64,000 nt of DNA from an uncultured Candidatus Saccharibacteria bacterium (GTDB taxonomy: Bacteria; Patescibacteriota; Minisyncoccia; Phycocordibacterales; UBA2100). The stretch covers positions 13,982 through 77,981 of the forward strand of contig CAZQMS010000006.1 in NCBI GenBank assembly GCA_964594735.1, read 5' to 3'. Below the pieces are notes generated by a model. That model did no database searches and was not told the DNA's origin. It was given only the letters and a program-made list of their open reading frames with translations. Position numbers and translations under genes: made by a program. Positions 52,297 to 60,827 of the stretch are shown one piece after another (within the stretch, counting starts at the first letter, position 1; each line of letters starts with the position of its first letter).

Positions 52297-52308
52297 CGCC
52301 GCTCTGCA

Positions 52309-52998
52309 TCACCGAAGCCCAGCGATCTCCAGCACCAGCTTTCTCCGCACGGCTTGAGCGAATTGACCGTATGAGCTGACTTCGATGACGAAGCTGCCTA
52401 GACCGCCGATGACTTGTTGCCTGTAGTAATCGACGACATCCTTCTCTTGTGCAGTAATCGCGAGGCCATTGATGACAAACCCGCGGCTCACCGCCTCGTC
52501 TCTCGCGTATCCAGCGGAAGGGCTCTCGCTGTTCTTGCCATCGCCAGACACGTCAATGATCTTCTTGAGTGAGCGGAATGGCGCGGCATCCAGGAGCTGT
52601 GTGGCGAATGCAATTCCTCCTGTCACTGAAGTAGAGGTGCAGTTGTACACGCGGGGTACCGCATCGAGAACTCGAGCGAGGCGCAAGAGTGACGCTTTGT
52701 CAGAAAGTCGCGTCCACGGGACGACGACCCGCTGACTCATCAGGTCGCACCAGTGCACAACTGCGACAGCGATAGACTGACGGATGCCCCTCTGTATTGC
52801 GGCTGCAACTTGCTGGGAGCGAAATGCCTCGGCGTAGCCCGACATTTGCAGCTGGTAGCGGTCTGCGTTGACGCTGCCTGACGTATCGATGGCAAGCACG
52901 AGCGCGACATCGACCTCGGGGTTGTCGGTGGGGTTTCCGCCGGTTGGGGTGAACGTGAACGTAATGACAACGAGCAGAATGATCAGACGTTGCAACAT
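52309..52998 (-). CDS. secreted vWA-domain protein (DUF1194-like)
   Basis: Signal peptide; MIDAS-like AIDTSGSV; 229 aa. Confidence 0.6.
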   Translation of the reverse strand: MLQRLIILLVVITFTFTPTGGNPTDNPEVDVALVLAIDTSGSVNADRYQLQMSGYAEAFRSQQVAAAIQRGIRQSIAVAVVHWCDLMSQRVVVPWTRLSDKASLLRLARVLDAVPRVYNCTSTSVTGGIAFATQLLDAAPFRSLKKIIDVSGDGKNSESPSAGYARDEAVSRGFVINGLAITAQEKDVVDYYRQQVIGGLGSFVIEVSSYGQFAQAVRRKLVLEIAGLR

Positions 52999-53141
52999 TT
53001 CAACCTCCCTGAGCGTGTGTTGAACGTGAGGGGAGCATACGCCTCAGAGCTTATTGGTCAAGTTATCCAGAGGTAGGGCAAAAATGCGCTTTCAATGAAA
53101 TGTTGCGTGATAAAATCCGCGTATATCAATAAATTATTCGT

Positions 53142-53519
53142 ATGCTCCTCTCACAACTCCTCGGTCTTTACTTTATAATCGTCGGCGTCATCGTGCTCTA
53201 TCGCCGCAGGTCTATCATGCCGGCGATCTCCCAGCTCGTGGCGAATAGGCCGCTTCTCCTTGTTATCGCACTCGCCGAGATCCTCGCCGGTCTCGCGATT
53301 ATTCTTACATACCCCAACATCACTGCAGATGCCGACGGAGTGATTGCACTCATCGGTTGGGTACTTGCGGTGGAAGGCGTGCTCTACCTCGCGATGCCGA
53401 TACAGTCGGTCCAGCGCTTCGTCCGCAAGTTCAACAACGAAACCTGGTACGGCACAGGCGGCGCTATCGCGGTCCTCCTCGGCGGCTACCTCGCAGCCAC
53501 CGGATTCGGCCTTCTCTAG
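53142..53519 (+). CDS. small 4-TM membrane protein
   Basis: Hydrophobic profile; followed by terminator 53530-53560. Confidence 0.45.
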   Translation: MLLSQLLGLYFIIVGVIVLYRRRSIMPAISQLVANRPLLLVIALAEILAGLAIILTYPNITADADGVIALIGWVLAVEGVLYLAMPIQSVQRFVRKFNNETWYGTGGAIAVLLGGYLAATGFGLL

Positions 53520-53529
53520 GTATTTTCTC

Positions 53530-53560
53530 CCCCAAAGACCCCGGCACCCCGGGGTCTTTG
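53530..53560 (+). terminator. rho-independent terminator
   Basis: AAAGACCCCGGCACCCCGGGGTCTTT. Confidence 0.7.
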
Positions 53561-53722
53561 CCCGTGCACACAAAGTGGCATGGACAAAATACCCTGCCGC
53601 GTCCTTTGAAATACTTTGCTGTTAGGCGCCGTACGACCCAATCCAGAAGCACTGCTTCGCAGTGTTATGCCACTTTGTGTGACCGGGCTTTGCATTTTCT
53701 GTGGGAGTGGCACTATGGGGGT

Positions 53723-54601
53723 ATGGTACAGAAAGTACTCATCGGCGTTATAGGGCTTGCCCTCGTCGGCGCAGCGGCATTCTACTTTTTTGGCGGGAAA
53801 GTCCCTGGATTTGGCGAGAAGCCCATCAGCACGGCGCGCTTTGTGTGTGATGCCGACAAGAGCATCACGGCGACGTTTTACGAATCAAAAGTGGCGCTCG
53901 AGCTCAGCGATTTTCGTTCGCTCGAGTATCCGCAGCTCATCTCCGCGTCCGGCGCTCGCTACGGGAGCGAAGACGAGAGCTTTATATTCTGGAACAAAGG
54001 CGACACGGCATTCATCACCGAAAGTGGCGTCGAGACTTTTAGCAACTGCGAGATAGAAATCGCGGGGCAGTCTACGCGCGCGACATATGCCTCGAGCTCG
54101 ACAGGCGTCACCATCAAATACCCGCGCACGTACCGACTCGATGCGGGCTACCAGTACGAGGGAGTTCCGAACAAGCCGATACCTGGCGTGAAGTTCCTGA
54201 TTCCACTCGAGATGGCGACGGGCACCAACCTCTCAGCAGCGGATAGCGGGGTATCTGTAGAGCAGCTCCCGCGCGCACTCGCGTGCACGGGGGACATCTT
54301 TGTGCTTCCGAATGTGAAAGCGACGGCGATGTCCGAAAACGGAGTGACATACTCGCTTGCCACCACGAGTGAGGCGGCGGCAGGGAATCGGTATGAGGAG
54401 TACGTCTACGCGATTGCAGGATCGAGGCCCTGCACGGCGGTGCGCTACTTCATACGCTACGCGGCGATAGAGAACTTCCCTAGCCAGGCAGGCGAGCCCG
54501 GAGCCGTGCGCGAGTTCGACCGCGCGGCACTTCTCGCAGATTTCGACAAGATCCGCACCTCGCTTGTGTTGACCGCCACGTCATCAGCGGGTACCCCTTA
54601 A
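53723..54601 (+). CDS. membrane-anchored protein with MliC-like (lysozyme-inhibitor family) N-domain plus extra C-terminal domain
   Basis: TM anchor; CDADKSITATFYE...ISASGARYGSEDESFIFWNKGDTAFI...SNCEI resembles MliC core; internal ATG of ORF 53357. Confidence 0.5.
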   Translation: MVQKVLIGVIGLALVGAAAFYFFGGKVPGFGEKPISTARFVCDADKSITATFYESKVALELSDFRSLEYPQLISASGARYGSEDESFIFWNKGDTAFITESGVETFSNCEIEIAGQSTRATYASSSTGVTIKYPRTYRLDAGYQYEGVPNKPIPGVKFLIPLEMATGTNLSAADSGVSVEQLPRALACTGDIFVLPNVKATAMSENGVTYSLATTSEAAAGNRYEEYVYAIAGSRPCTAVRYFIRYAAIENFPSQAGEPGAVREFDRAALLADFDKIRTSLVLTATSSAGTP

Positions 54602-54665
54602 TTGACGCCTCGAATGCGGTGAGGCATAGTCTTCGCAGTTCCATATCCACATTGGGGAGGTAGCC

Positions 54666-55703
54666 TTGGACATCGTCTTCGACTTCTTCATCGGTATCGC
54701 GAAGGTGCTCGGTGCATTCGCACTGCTCGCCCTCGTTGTCATGTTTGTGATTCGCTTTGCGCGGAACACGTTCACTCTCGCGGGCGGCGCTCCGTACGGC
54801 GCGATTCCGTACATCTCAAGCAAGAACACAATTCTCGTGTTCAATCTCAGCGGTCCCGTCCTGACCGACCCGACGACCGTCAGCCCCTGGGCTCGGCGGT
54901 TCGCGTCCTTCGGCGAGGAACTGAAACTCGCGCTCATGGCTGCCGCGAACAACGACGCCATCAAGGGCGTTGTCGTGCGCTGCTCCACGCCGGGCGGCTC
55001 TCCCGTCGGGAGCCAGCTCATTGCTGAAGGCATCGAGGCATGCAAGGAGAAAAAGCCAGTCTTCGTGCACGTGACCGACATGTGCGCGTCCGGCGGCGTG
55101 TGGGCGCTCTGCGGCGCCACGCGGATCTTCGCCGCGCGCGACGCGATCGTCGGAAGCATTGGGGTGCGCGGTGCGTCACTCGTGCGATACAGCGGCGTGA
55201 CGGAGCTTGGGAGCGGCCTCCTCGGAGGCCACATCCGCGCGAAGAGCGTCACGGTCGAAACGATGCATCGGGGCAAGGGCAAGATCTTCGGAAGCCCCTT
55301 TGAGGCGGAAGACCCGGAGGTGCGCAAGCACTACGAGCATCACCTCGAAACGATGTACGGGCGCTTTCTTGAGCGCGTCGCATCGGCGCGCCGCACCTCC
55401 GTCGAGAAATTGCGTTCGCTTGGCGCTCTCATGTTCGAAGCGCCAGATGCAGTGCACTACGGCCTCATCGACGCGGTCGGGACCTACGAGGAAGCCAAGG
55501 TCGCGCTCGCCAAGGAGCTCGGCGTGCCGGTCCAGGAGTGTTTCTTCCTCAAGACGCGGAAGGTGGGGCGTTTCGGTCCCTCGCTTTCGCCCTCCGCGCT
55601 CCTCAGTGGTGGAGCGGGTTCGCACACCGCTATGCACGAGCTGCGTGCGGCGCTGCGGCAGGAGAGCGTCCTCACGGTGGCGCCAATGTTCCTGAGCGAG
55701 TAG
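54666..55703 (+). CDS. sppA: signal peptide peptidase SppA (S49, 36K type)
   Basis: TM anchor; catalytic Ser context TDMCASGGVWALCGA; Lys region. Confidence 0.8.
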   Translation: MDIVFDFFIGIAKVLGAFALLALVVMFVIRFARNTFTLAGGAPYGAIPYISSKNTILVFNLSGPVLTDPTTVSPWARRFASFGEELKLALMAAANNDAIKGVVVRCSTPGGSPVGSQLIAEGIEACKEKKPVFVHVTDMCASGGVWALCGATRIFAARDAIVGSIGVRGASLVRYSGVTELGSGLLGGHIRAKSVTVETMHRGKGKIFGSPFEAEDPEVRKHYEHHLETMYGRFLERVASARRTSVEKLRSLGALMFEAPDAVHYGLIDAVGTYEEAKVALAKELGVPVQECFFLKTRKVGRFGPSLSPSALLSGGAGSHTAMHELRAALRQESVLTVAPMFLSE

Positions 55704-55770
55704 TCCTCGCGGACTTCTCACGGCTGCGCCCCTCACGGGGCGCAGTTTCTTTATGCGGTAGAGTGTACCT

Positions 55771-56070
55771 ATGGGGCCTGTCTACAAAGTCAAAGGCAAG
55801 GTCTGGCTCTGGCCGGGGGAGATGGCGGCGTGGCACTTTGTACATGTCGACAAAAAGACATCGGACGCGATCAAGGCACGGCACACGGGGCCGCGTCGCG
55901 GTTTTGGGGCGGTGAAAGTACGTGTGACGATTGGGAAGACGAGCTGGAGCACCTCGATTTTTCCCGACAAAAAAAGCGGCACCTACCTTCTTCCGCTCAA
56001 AGCGGCGGTGCGCCGCGCCGAGGCGGTGGAGAGCGGCGACGAGATTCAATTTTCTCTTAGTGTGCAATAG
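55771..56070 (+). CDS. DUF1905-family protein
   Basis: 99 aa, VYKVKGKVWLWPGEMAAWHFVHV pattern. Confidence 0.5.
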   Translation: MGPVYKVKGKVWLWPGEMAAWHFVHVDKKTSDAIKARHTGPRRGFGAVKVRVTIGKTSWSTSIFPDKKSGTYLLPLKAAVRRAEAVESGDEIQFSLSVQ

Positions 56071-56133
56071 ACGAGACGACTGTGCGGAGAGGGCGGAATC
56101 TAGCCTGCACGGTGCGAGTGGTACAGTGGACAC

Positions 56134-56706
56134 ATGATGTACACGGAAAGGATGCAGCGCGCGATTCGCTTCATGCTCAAGACACACGAGGTCTACCAGA
56201 AGCAGAAGCGCAAGGGCAAGGACATTCCGTACCTCGCTCATCCACTCACAGTGGGTCTTATCCTCGCGCGCGCCGGTGCTTCGGAAGCCGTGATTATTGC
56301 GGGGATTTTGCACGACACGATAGAAGACAGTACCGAAGAGAAGAAAGTGACGAGCGCGATGCTCGCAGAGCGCTTTGGTGCGAGTGTCGCGCGACTTGTG
56401 GAAAGTGTGACGGAAAAAATAAAGACAGGCTCGTGGGATGAGCGCAAGCAGGAAGCCCTCGAGCACATCGCGCACTTCTCGCATGATTCCGTACTCCTCA
56501 AGAGCGCCGATGTCATCGCCAACAATGCGGAGCTCCTGGAAGACCACGCGCTTTTGGGCGACGCGACATTCGAACGCTTCAATGCCTCGAAAGAGAAGAC
56601 ACTCGGTCACACGCAGCGAGTCATATCCGCGCTTCTCTCACAGTGGCCTGAAAGCCCACTGTCGTCGGATCTGGCGAATCTTACGCGGCTTTTATCAAGC
56701 ATATAA
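56134..56706 (+). CDS. HD-domain phosphohydrolase, RelA/SpoT-type ((p)ppGpp hydrolase-like)
   Basis: YLAHPLTVGLILA...ILHDTIEDS HD motif. Confidence 0.7.
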   Translation: MMYTERMQRAIRFMLKTHEVYQKQKRKGKDIPYLAHPLTVGLILARAGASEAVIIAGILHDTIEDSTEEKKVTSAMLAERFGASVARLVESVTEKIKTGSWDERKQEALEHIAHFSHDSVLLKSADVIANNAELLEDHALLGDATFERFNASKEKTLGHTQRVISALLSQWPESPLSSDLANLTRLLSSI

Positions 56707-56713
56707 AAACAAG

Positions 56714-56745
56714 CAGCCGCCCGGGAAAGCCCGGGCGGCTGGCTT
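56714..56745. terminator. bidirectional terminator
   Basis: CAGCCGCCCGGGAAAGCCCGGGCGGCTG. Confidence 0.7.
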
Positions 56746-56754
56746 GAGAGACTC

Positions 56755-56964
56755 TTATTTGCGAGCGAGCTTCATCGACGTAGCGGCGAGGTAGATTGCC
56801 GCGACACCGACGAGACCGTAGACAATGCGCGAGAGCATCGTCATGTCGCCGAAGAGCGTAGCGACGAGATCGAAATCGGCCGCCGCGACGAGGCCCCAGT
56901 TGAGGCCACCGACGATAACAAGCGCGATTGCGACCCAGTCGATGGTGCTAAGTGGATTCGACAT
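56755..56964 (-). CDS. DUF378-family small membrane protein
   Basis: GGLNWGLVAA hallmark, 69 aa, 2 TM. Confidence 0.7.
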   Translation of the reverse strand: MSNPLSTIDWVAIALVIVGGLNWGLVAAADFDLVATLFGDMTMLSRIVYGLVGVAAIYLAATSMKLARK

Positions 56965-57101
56965 AGGTTTCTTGGTGAGGGTAAAAAATACTTCTCGACC
57001 TTTTCATTAAAATCCTACCACGTCCTAAAAGCCCCAGTGTCCCCAAAAGGATGGCGAGGTGCATATCTCTTTCGCGACGTACTGTGCTCGTACCCTGTGG
57101 A

Positions 57102-57305
57102 ATCTATTCTAGTGTTTTGCCCTCCTTCGCATAAAGCTACGGACGGGCAGGCAAAAGACTGTAATAAGAAATCGGGGGATGGGATAGGGGTGAGGTGGGG
57201 GAATGGATGGATGGGGGTGGATGGGGAGGAGAATGGAGGGTGGCTGGGGAGACGAATGGGGGCGGCATCATGCCGAGTTCCCCAAAATCAAGATCCGTGG
57301 GATTC
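57102..57305 (+). repeat. repeat module copy A: hairpin (TAGTGTTTTGCC...GGCAAAAGACTG), purine-rich tract, junction motif GTTCCCCAAAATCAAGATCCGTGGGA
   Basis: Aligns along about 150 nt with copy B at 58347-58497. Confidence 0.7.
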
Positions 57306-57436
57306 TTGGTTGGGAGGGCTTTTACATGAGTGCCCGTCTGGGGGGCAGGTCTCGTATAACCGTGAAAAATAGCGTTTTTTCCACAGTTTTCACGATTATG
57401 ATTGCAATTAGCGTGAAAGCATGCTATACTTGAACT

Positions 57437-58330
57437 ATGGCTCGTACTCCGCACGTTTTTGGACAAATAAACTCGCTTCGAGAGCGCTACTACCGTGCAT
57501 TGCCGGGCAAAGAGTCGCTTATTCGAACACTCAACGAGGCGGAGATCCCCGAGCATGTCTACAACTCAAACGCGATCGAAAATAGTACTCTCACACTCGA
57601 AGAGACCGAAAAAATTCTTCTCCAGATCGACCTCGATCGCTTTGTAAGCGAGCGTGAGCTCTTTGAGGCAAAAAATCTTGCCCGCGTGATGGACTATATA
57701 GACAAAAAAGCCAAAGAAGTCGAGCTCTCCTTGCCGCTCATACTTTTTCTCCACCAAACACTCATAGCCAACATCCGCAACGAGATTGCCGGCCGCTTTC
57801 GCAAAGAAGGGGAGTGGGTGCGCGTGGGTGCGCACATCGGTGCGGATCCAAAAGACATAGAGCGCCTACTTACCGACATGGTTGCCACGTATCATGCAGA
57901 CGCCAGTGGTCATGTTGTTTCTCGCATAGCGCGCCTCCATCTTGTTTTCGAGGGTATCCATCCATTTTGCGACGGCAATGGTCGCATTGGCCGGGTGCTC
58001 AACAACTTCGCGCTTCTGCGCGAAGGATACGTGCCGATCAATATTGCCTTCGTAAACCGCGCGCGCTACTACGACGCGTTTAAAGAGTATGAGCAGAAAG
58101 GATCCACCAAGATAATGGAGGAATTGATCGGCCGAGCACTCACCAACAGTTACCACAAGCGCCTCGCGTACCTCGAGGGCAAAAATATTGTTACGCTCAA
58201 AGATTACGCAAAAAAGCACAAACTCTCCTACACCAACCTGCTCAACAAAGCGGGGCGCCAGACCATCCCTGCGTTTATGGAAAAAGGCGTCTGGAAAATC
58301 GCGGACGAGCCCACCCAGTTCGAAAAATGA
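57437..58330 (+). CDS. fic: Fic-family AMPylase (class II, intrinsic inhibitory motif)
   Basis: HPFCDGNGRIGR Fic motif; N-terminal SNAIEN matches (S/T)xxxE(G/N) inhibitory helix. Confidence 0.85.
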   Translation: MARTPHVFGQINSLRERYYRALPGKESLIRTLNEAEIPEHVYNSNAIENSTLTLEETEKILLQIDLDRFVSERELFEAKNLARVMDYIDKKAKEVELSLPLILFLHQTLIANIRNEIAGRFRKEGEWVRVGAHIGADPKDIERLLTDMVATYHADASGHVVSRIARLHLVFEGIHPFCDGNGRIGRVLNNFALLREGYVPINIAFVNRARYYDAFKEYEQKGSTKIMEELIGRALTNSYHKRLAYLEGKNIVTLKDYAKKHKLSYTNLLNKAGRQTIPAFMEKGVWKIADEPTQFEK

Positions 58331-58346
58331 AGATTTTGTGGGTCCG

Positions 58347-58497
58347 GATTCTATTTCAGTGTTTTGCCTGACCGGCCAGGGCAAAAGACTGTAATGAGGA
58401 TTGGGGGAATTGGGGAAAATTGGAAAAAAGGATTCGGAATGGGTGAGGACGGCTCGGCACCATGCCCAGTTCCCCAAAATGAAGAATTGTGGGAGCA
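58347..58497 (+). repeat. repeat module copy B: hairpin (CAGTGTTTTGCC...GGCAAAAGACTG), purine-rich tract, junction motif GTTCCCCAAAATGAAGAATTGTGGGA
   Basis: Homologous to copy A; bracketed by junction-motif copies at 58324-58341 and 58469-58494. Confidence 0.7.
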
Positions 58498-58504
58498 TTA
58501 GACC

Positions 58505-59047
58505 ATGTTTGGCGTGAGTGAAATGTTGCCGTTGTTTTTGTGGGCGCTAACGATCGCCGTCTTCGTCGCGGCTGTCGTGATGGCCGTGATACTTTTCATC
58601 GTGCGCCGCCGGGAGACGCCGCTCAGCTACACACGAAAGGAATCCATATTTGATATACACACTGAGCGCGAACTTTTTGACACATTGCAGGAGTTGTACG
58701 GAGACCGGTACTTCGTTTTCCCTCAAGTCCATTACAGTCATCTCTTGCGGCCGAGTAAAGAACTTTCGTATCGCGACAGGCTTGTTCTGAGAAACAAGGT
58801 AGACAGGAAATCTGCAGACTTCGTACTGTGCGAAAAGAGTGACGTAAGCGTCAGGCTTGTTATCGAGCTGGACGGCAGCAGCCATGACCGACCAGACAGG
58901 CAGGAGCGAGACACATTCATAAATTCGATTGCAAACACTTCCAATTTGAACCTGCTTCGTATGCCGACGAATCGCATGGATAGAGCGTCAGTACTAGAGC
59001 AAGTAGACGCCAAGTTGGCGCAGATTCCCGCAGGTTCCCCAAAATGA
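58505..59047 (+). CDS. DUF2726-like (NERD/PD-(D/E)xK-fold) protein with N-terminal TM
   Basis: YFVFPQVHYSHLL...KSADFVLCEKSD..VRLVIELDGSSH pattern. Confidence 0.65.
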   Translation: MFGVSEMLPLFLWALTIAVFVAAVVMAVILFIVRRRETPLSYTRKESIFDIHTERELFDTLQELYGDRYFVFPQVHYSHLLRPSKELSYRDRLVLRNKVDRKSADFVLCEKSDVSVRLVIELDGSSHDRPDRQERDTFINSIANTSNLNLLRMPTNRMDRASVLEQVDAKLAQIPAGSPK

Positions 59048-59060
59048 AGATTCGTGGGAT
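59033..59060 (+). repeat. junction motif copy C (GGTTCCCCAAAATGAAGATTCGTGGGAT) overlapping DUF2726-like stop codon
   Basis: TGA stop lies inside the motif. Confidence 0.65.
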
Positions 59061-59071
59061 GATTTTCACGC

Positions 59072-59794
59072 ATGCACAAATTGTCGCGCGCGACGATAGA
59101 GAAGTTGGGATATTACGTCTACATCCTCTCTGATCCGCGCACGAACAAGGCTTTTTACGTCGGCAAGGGTAGGGGCAATCGCATCAATTCGCACCTGCTC
59201 GGTGCTCTCGAGGAAAATACCAAAGAGACTCTGAAGATCCGCACTATTCGCGAGATTCAGGCTGCCGGCCTGGAAGTCGGTCTCACCATCTTGCGCCACG
59301 GCCTTTCTGAAAGGGAGGCGTTTGAAGTAGAAAGTGCGATTATCGATGTCTTTGGGTTGGAGAATCTTACCAACATCGTCACGGGTCACTATGCGCATGT
59401 GCGCGGGAAAATGAGCGTGCGTGATATCGAGATTGAATACCAAGCCAAACCGGCCGTCTTCGACGAGCCTGTTTTGCTTATCCGAATCAACAGACTATAC
59501 AGGCACGACATGCCCGCTGAAGAATTGTACGAAGCAACACGCAAGTATTGGCGAATCCGATTGCGAGATGATATGCCTCGTGTCGTCTGCGCAGTGTATG
59601 CGGGCATTATTCGCGAAGTCTACCTTGCGCAGACGTGGATACGCCCCAACGGCTTGAAGGGAAAAATTGAAGGCCGCATCGCTTTCGAGGGCGCGATCGC
59701 GCCGCCAGGAATCCGCGAGAAGTATCTGAACAAATCCGTCGTGCACGTTCTCAAGCAGGGGAGCCAGAATCCTATTAAGTACGTCGGGCGCTGA
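59072..59794 (+). CDS. GIY-YIG nuclease-domain protein with C-terminal extension
   Basis: GYYVYILSD...KAFYVGKGRG GIY-YIG motifs; about 240 aa. Confidence 0.7.
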   Translation: MHKLSRATIEKLGYYVYILSDPRTNKAFYVGKGRGNRINSHLLGALEENTKETLKIRTIREIQAAGLEVGLTILRHGLSEREAFEVESAIIDVFGLENLTNIVTGHYAHVRGKMSVRDIEIEYQAKPAVFDEPVLLIRINRLYRHDMPAEELYEATRKYWRIRLRDDMPRVVCAVYAGIIREVYLAQTWIRPNGLKGKIEGRIAFEGAIAPPGIREKYLNKSVVHVLKQGSQNPIKYVGR

Positions 59795-59888
59795 CTCCCA
59801 ACGGCTCAGACCCCCCCCGTCTGAGTCGTGGGATGGTGCCGCGCCTCCCATTTCCCAAAGCTCGGATTTGTGATCTAATCCTCCCGTT

Positions 59889-60773
59889 ATGAAGGAGGTG
59901 CCGAAATATCACGAAACGTTCATACCTATCCTTAAAACCCTTGCAGAGATGGGTGATGTCTCCACGGCTGCCTTGAAAGTCCTGGTCGCAAAGAAGTTTT
60001 ATGGGGATCTGCCCAAGGACCTGCTCGAACAAAGGACGAAGTCGGGACATATCCTTATTCTCAATAGGATCGGCTGGGGTAAGGCGTACCTGAAACAGGC
60101 GGGGATGATAGAGCAACCGGAGCGAGCGCTTGTGCGCATCACTGACAAAGGCCGAGAAGTTCTCAGAAAGGGCAAGCTCTCGCTCAAAGAGATCAAGTCA
60201 GACCCGGAGTTTCAGGCGCATCAAAAGACAGAGAGTGGCACCAAAGTGTCTCATGACCTCGACGAGACAGCTACGCCGCAGGATCAGATAGATGCCGGAT
60301 TCAATAAGATAGAGAATCAGGTCAAGACAGAGTTGCTCGCGAAGCTCAAGACGATAGACCCATTTTACTTTCAGAAAGTTATCCTGACGCTCCTCGAAAA
60401 GATGGGATATGGCGACTTGGTGGAGACACCGAAAACAGGGGACGGCGGTATCGACGGCATAATCACACAGGACAAGCTTGGGCTCGATAAGATCTACATC
60501 CAGGCGAAGCGCTTTGCAGACAGCAAGGTGCGTGAGTCGGACATTCGCGATTTCATCGGTGCGATGAGCCGCGATACCAACAAAGGCATCTTCGTCACGA
60601 CGTCAAAATTTGACCAAAAAGCACTTAGCAAGGCCAAAGACGCGAGTCACAAGATCATCACGGTCGATGGCGACCAGCTCGCCGACCTCATGTACACGTA
60701 CGGCGTCGGCGTCCAGGTGACCGACACCTACGAGGTCAAACAACTCGACGAGGACTTCTTCGAGCAGGCCTAG
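59889..60773 (+). CDS. mrr: Mrr-type restriction endonuclease (Mrr_N wHTH plus Mrr_cat)
   Basis: C-terminal GDGGIDGIITQD...IYIQAKRF PD-(D/E)xK; N-terminal winged helix. Confidence 0.8.
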   Translation: MKEVPKYHETFIPILKTLAEMGDVSTAALKVLVAKKFYGDLPKDLLEQRTKSGHILILNRIGWGKAYLKQAGMIEQPERALVRITDKGREVLRKGKLSLKEIKSDPEFQAHQKTESGTKVSHDLDETATPQDQIDAGFNKIENQVKTELLAKLKTIDPFYFQKVILTLLEKMGYGDLVETPKTGDGGIDGIITQDKLGLDKIYIQAKRFADSKVRESDIRDFIGAMSRDTNKGIFVTTSKFDQKALSKAKDASHKIITVDGDQLADLMYTYGVGVQVTDTYEVKQLDEDFFEQA

Positions 60774-60827
60774 TGCGCCGCAAGGCCAGCGCGGCGCGCA
60801 CTGGGTTATACTGGATCAAAATGCTTT

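Noticed and set aside
57203-57433. ORF translating the G-rich tract (MDGWGWMGRRMEGGWGDEWG...)
   Set aside because: It is a translation artefact of the purine-rich repeat module, and the same module at 58347 has no equivalent ORF.
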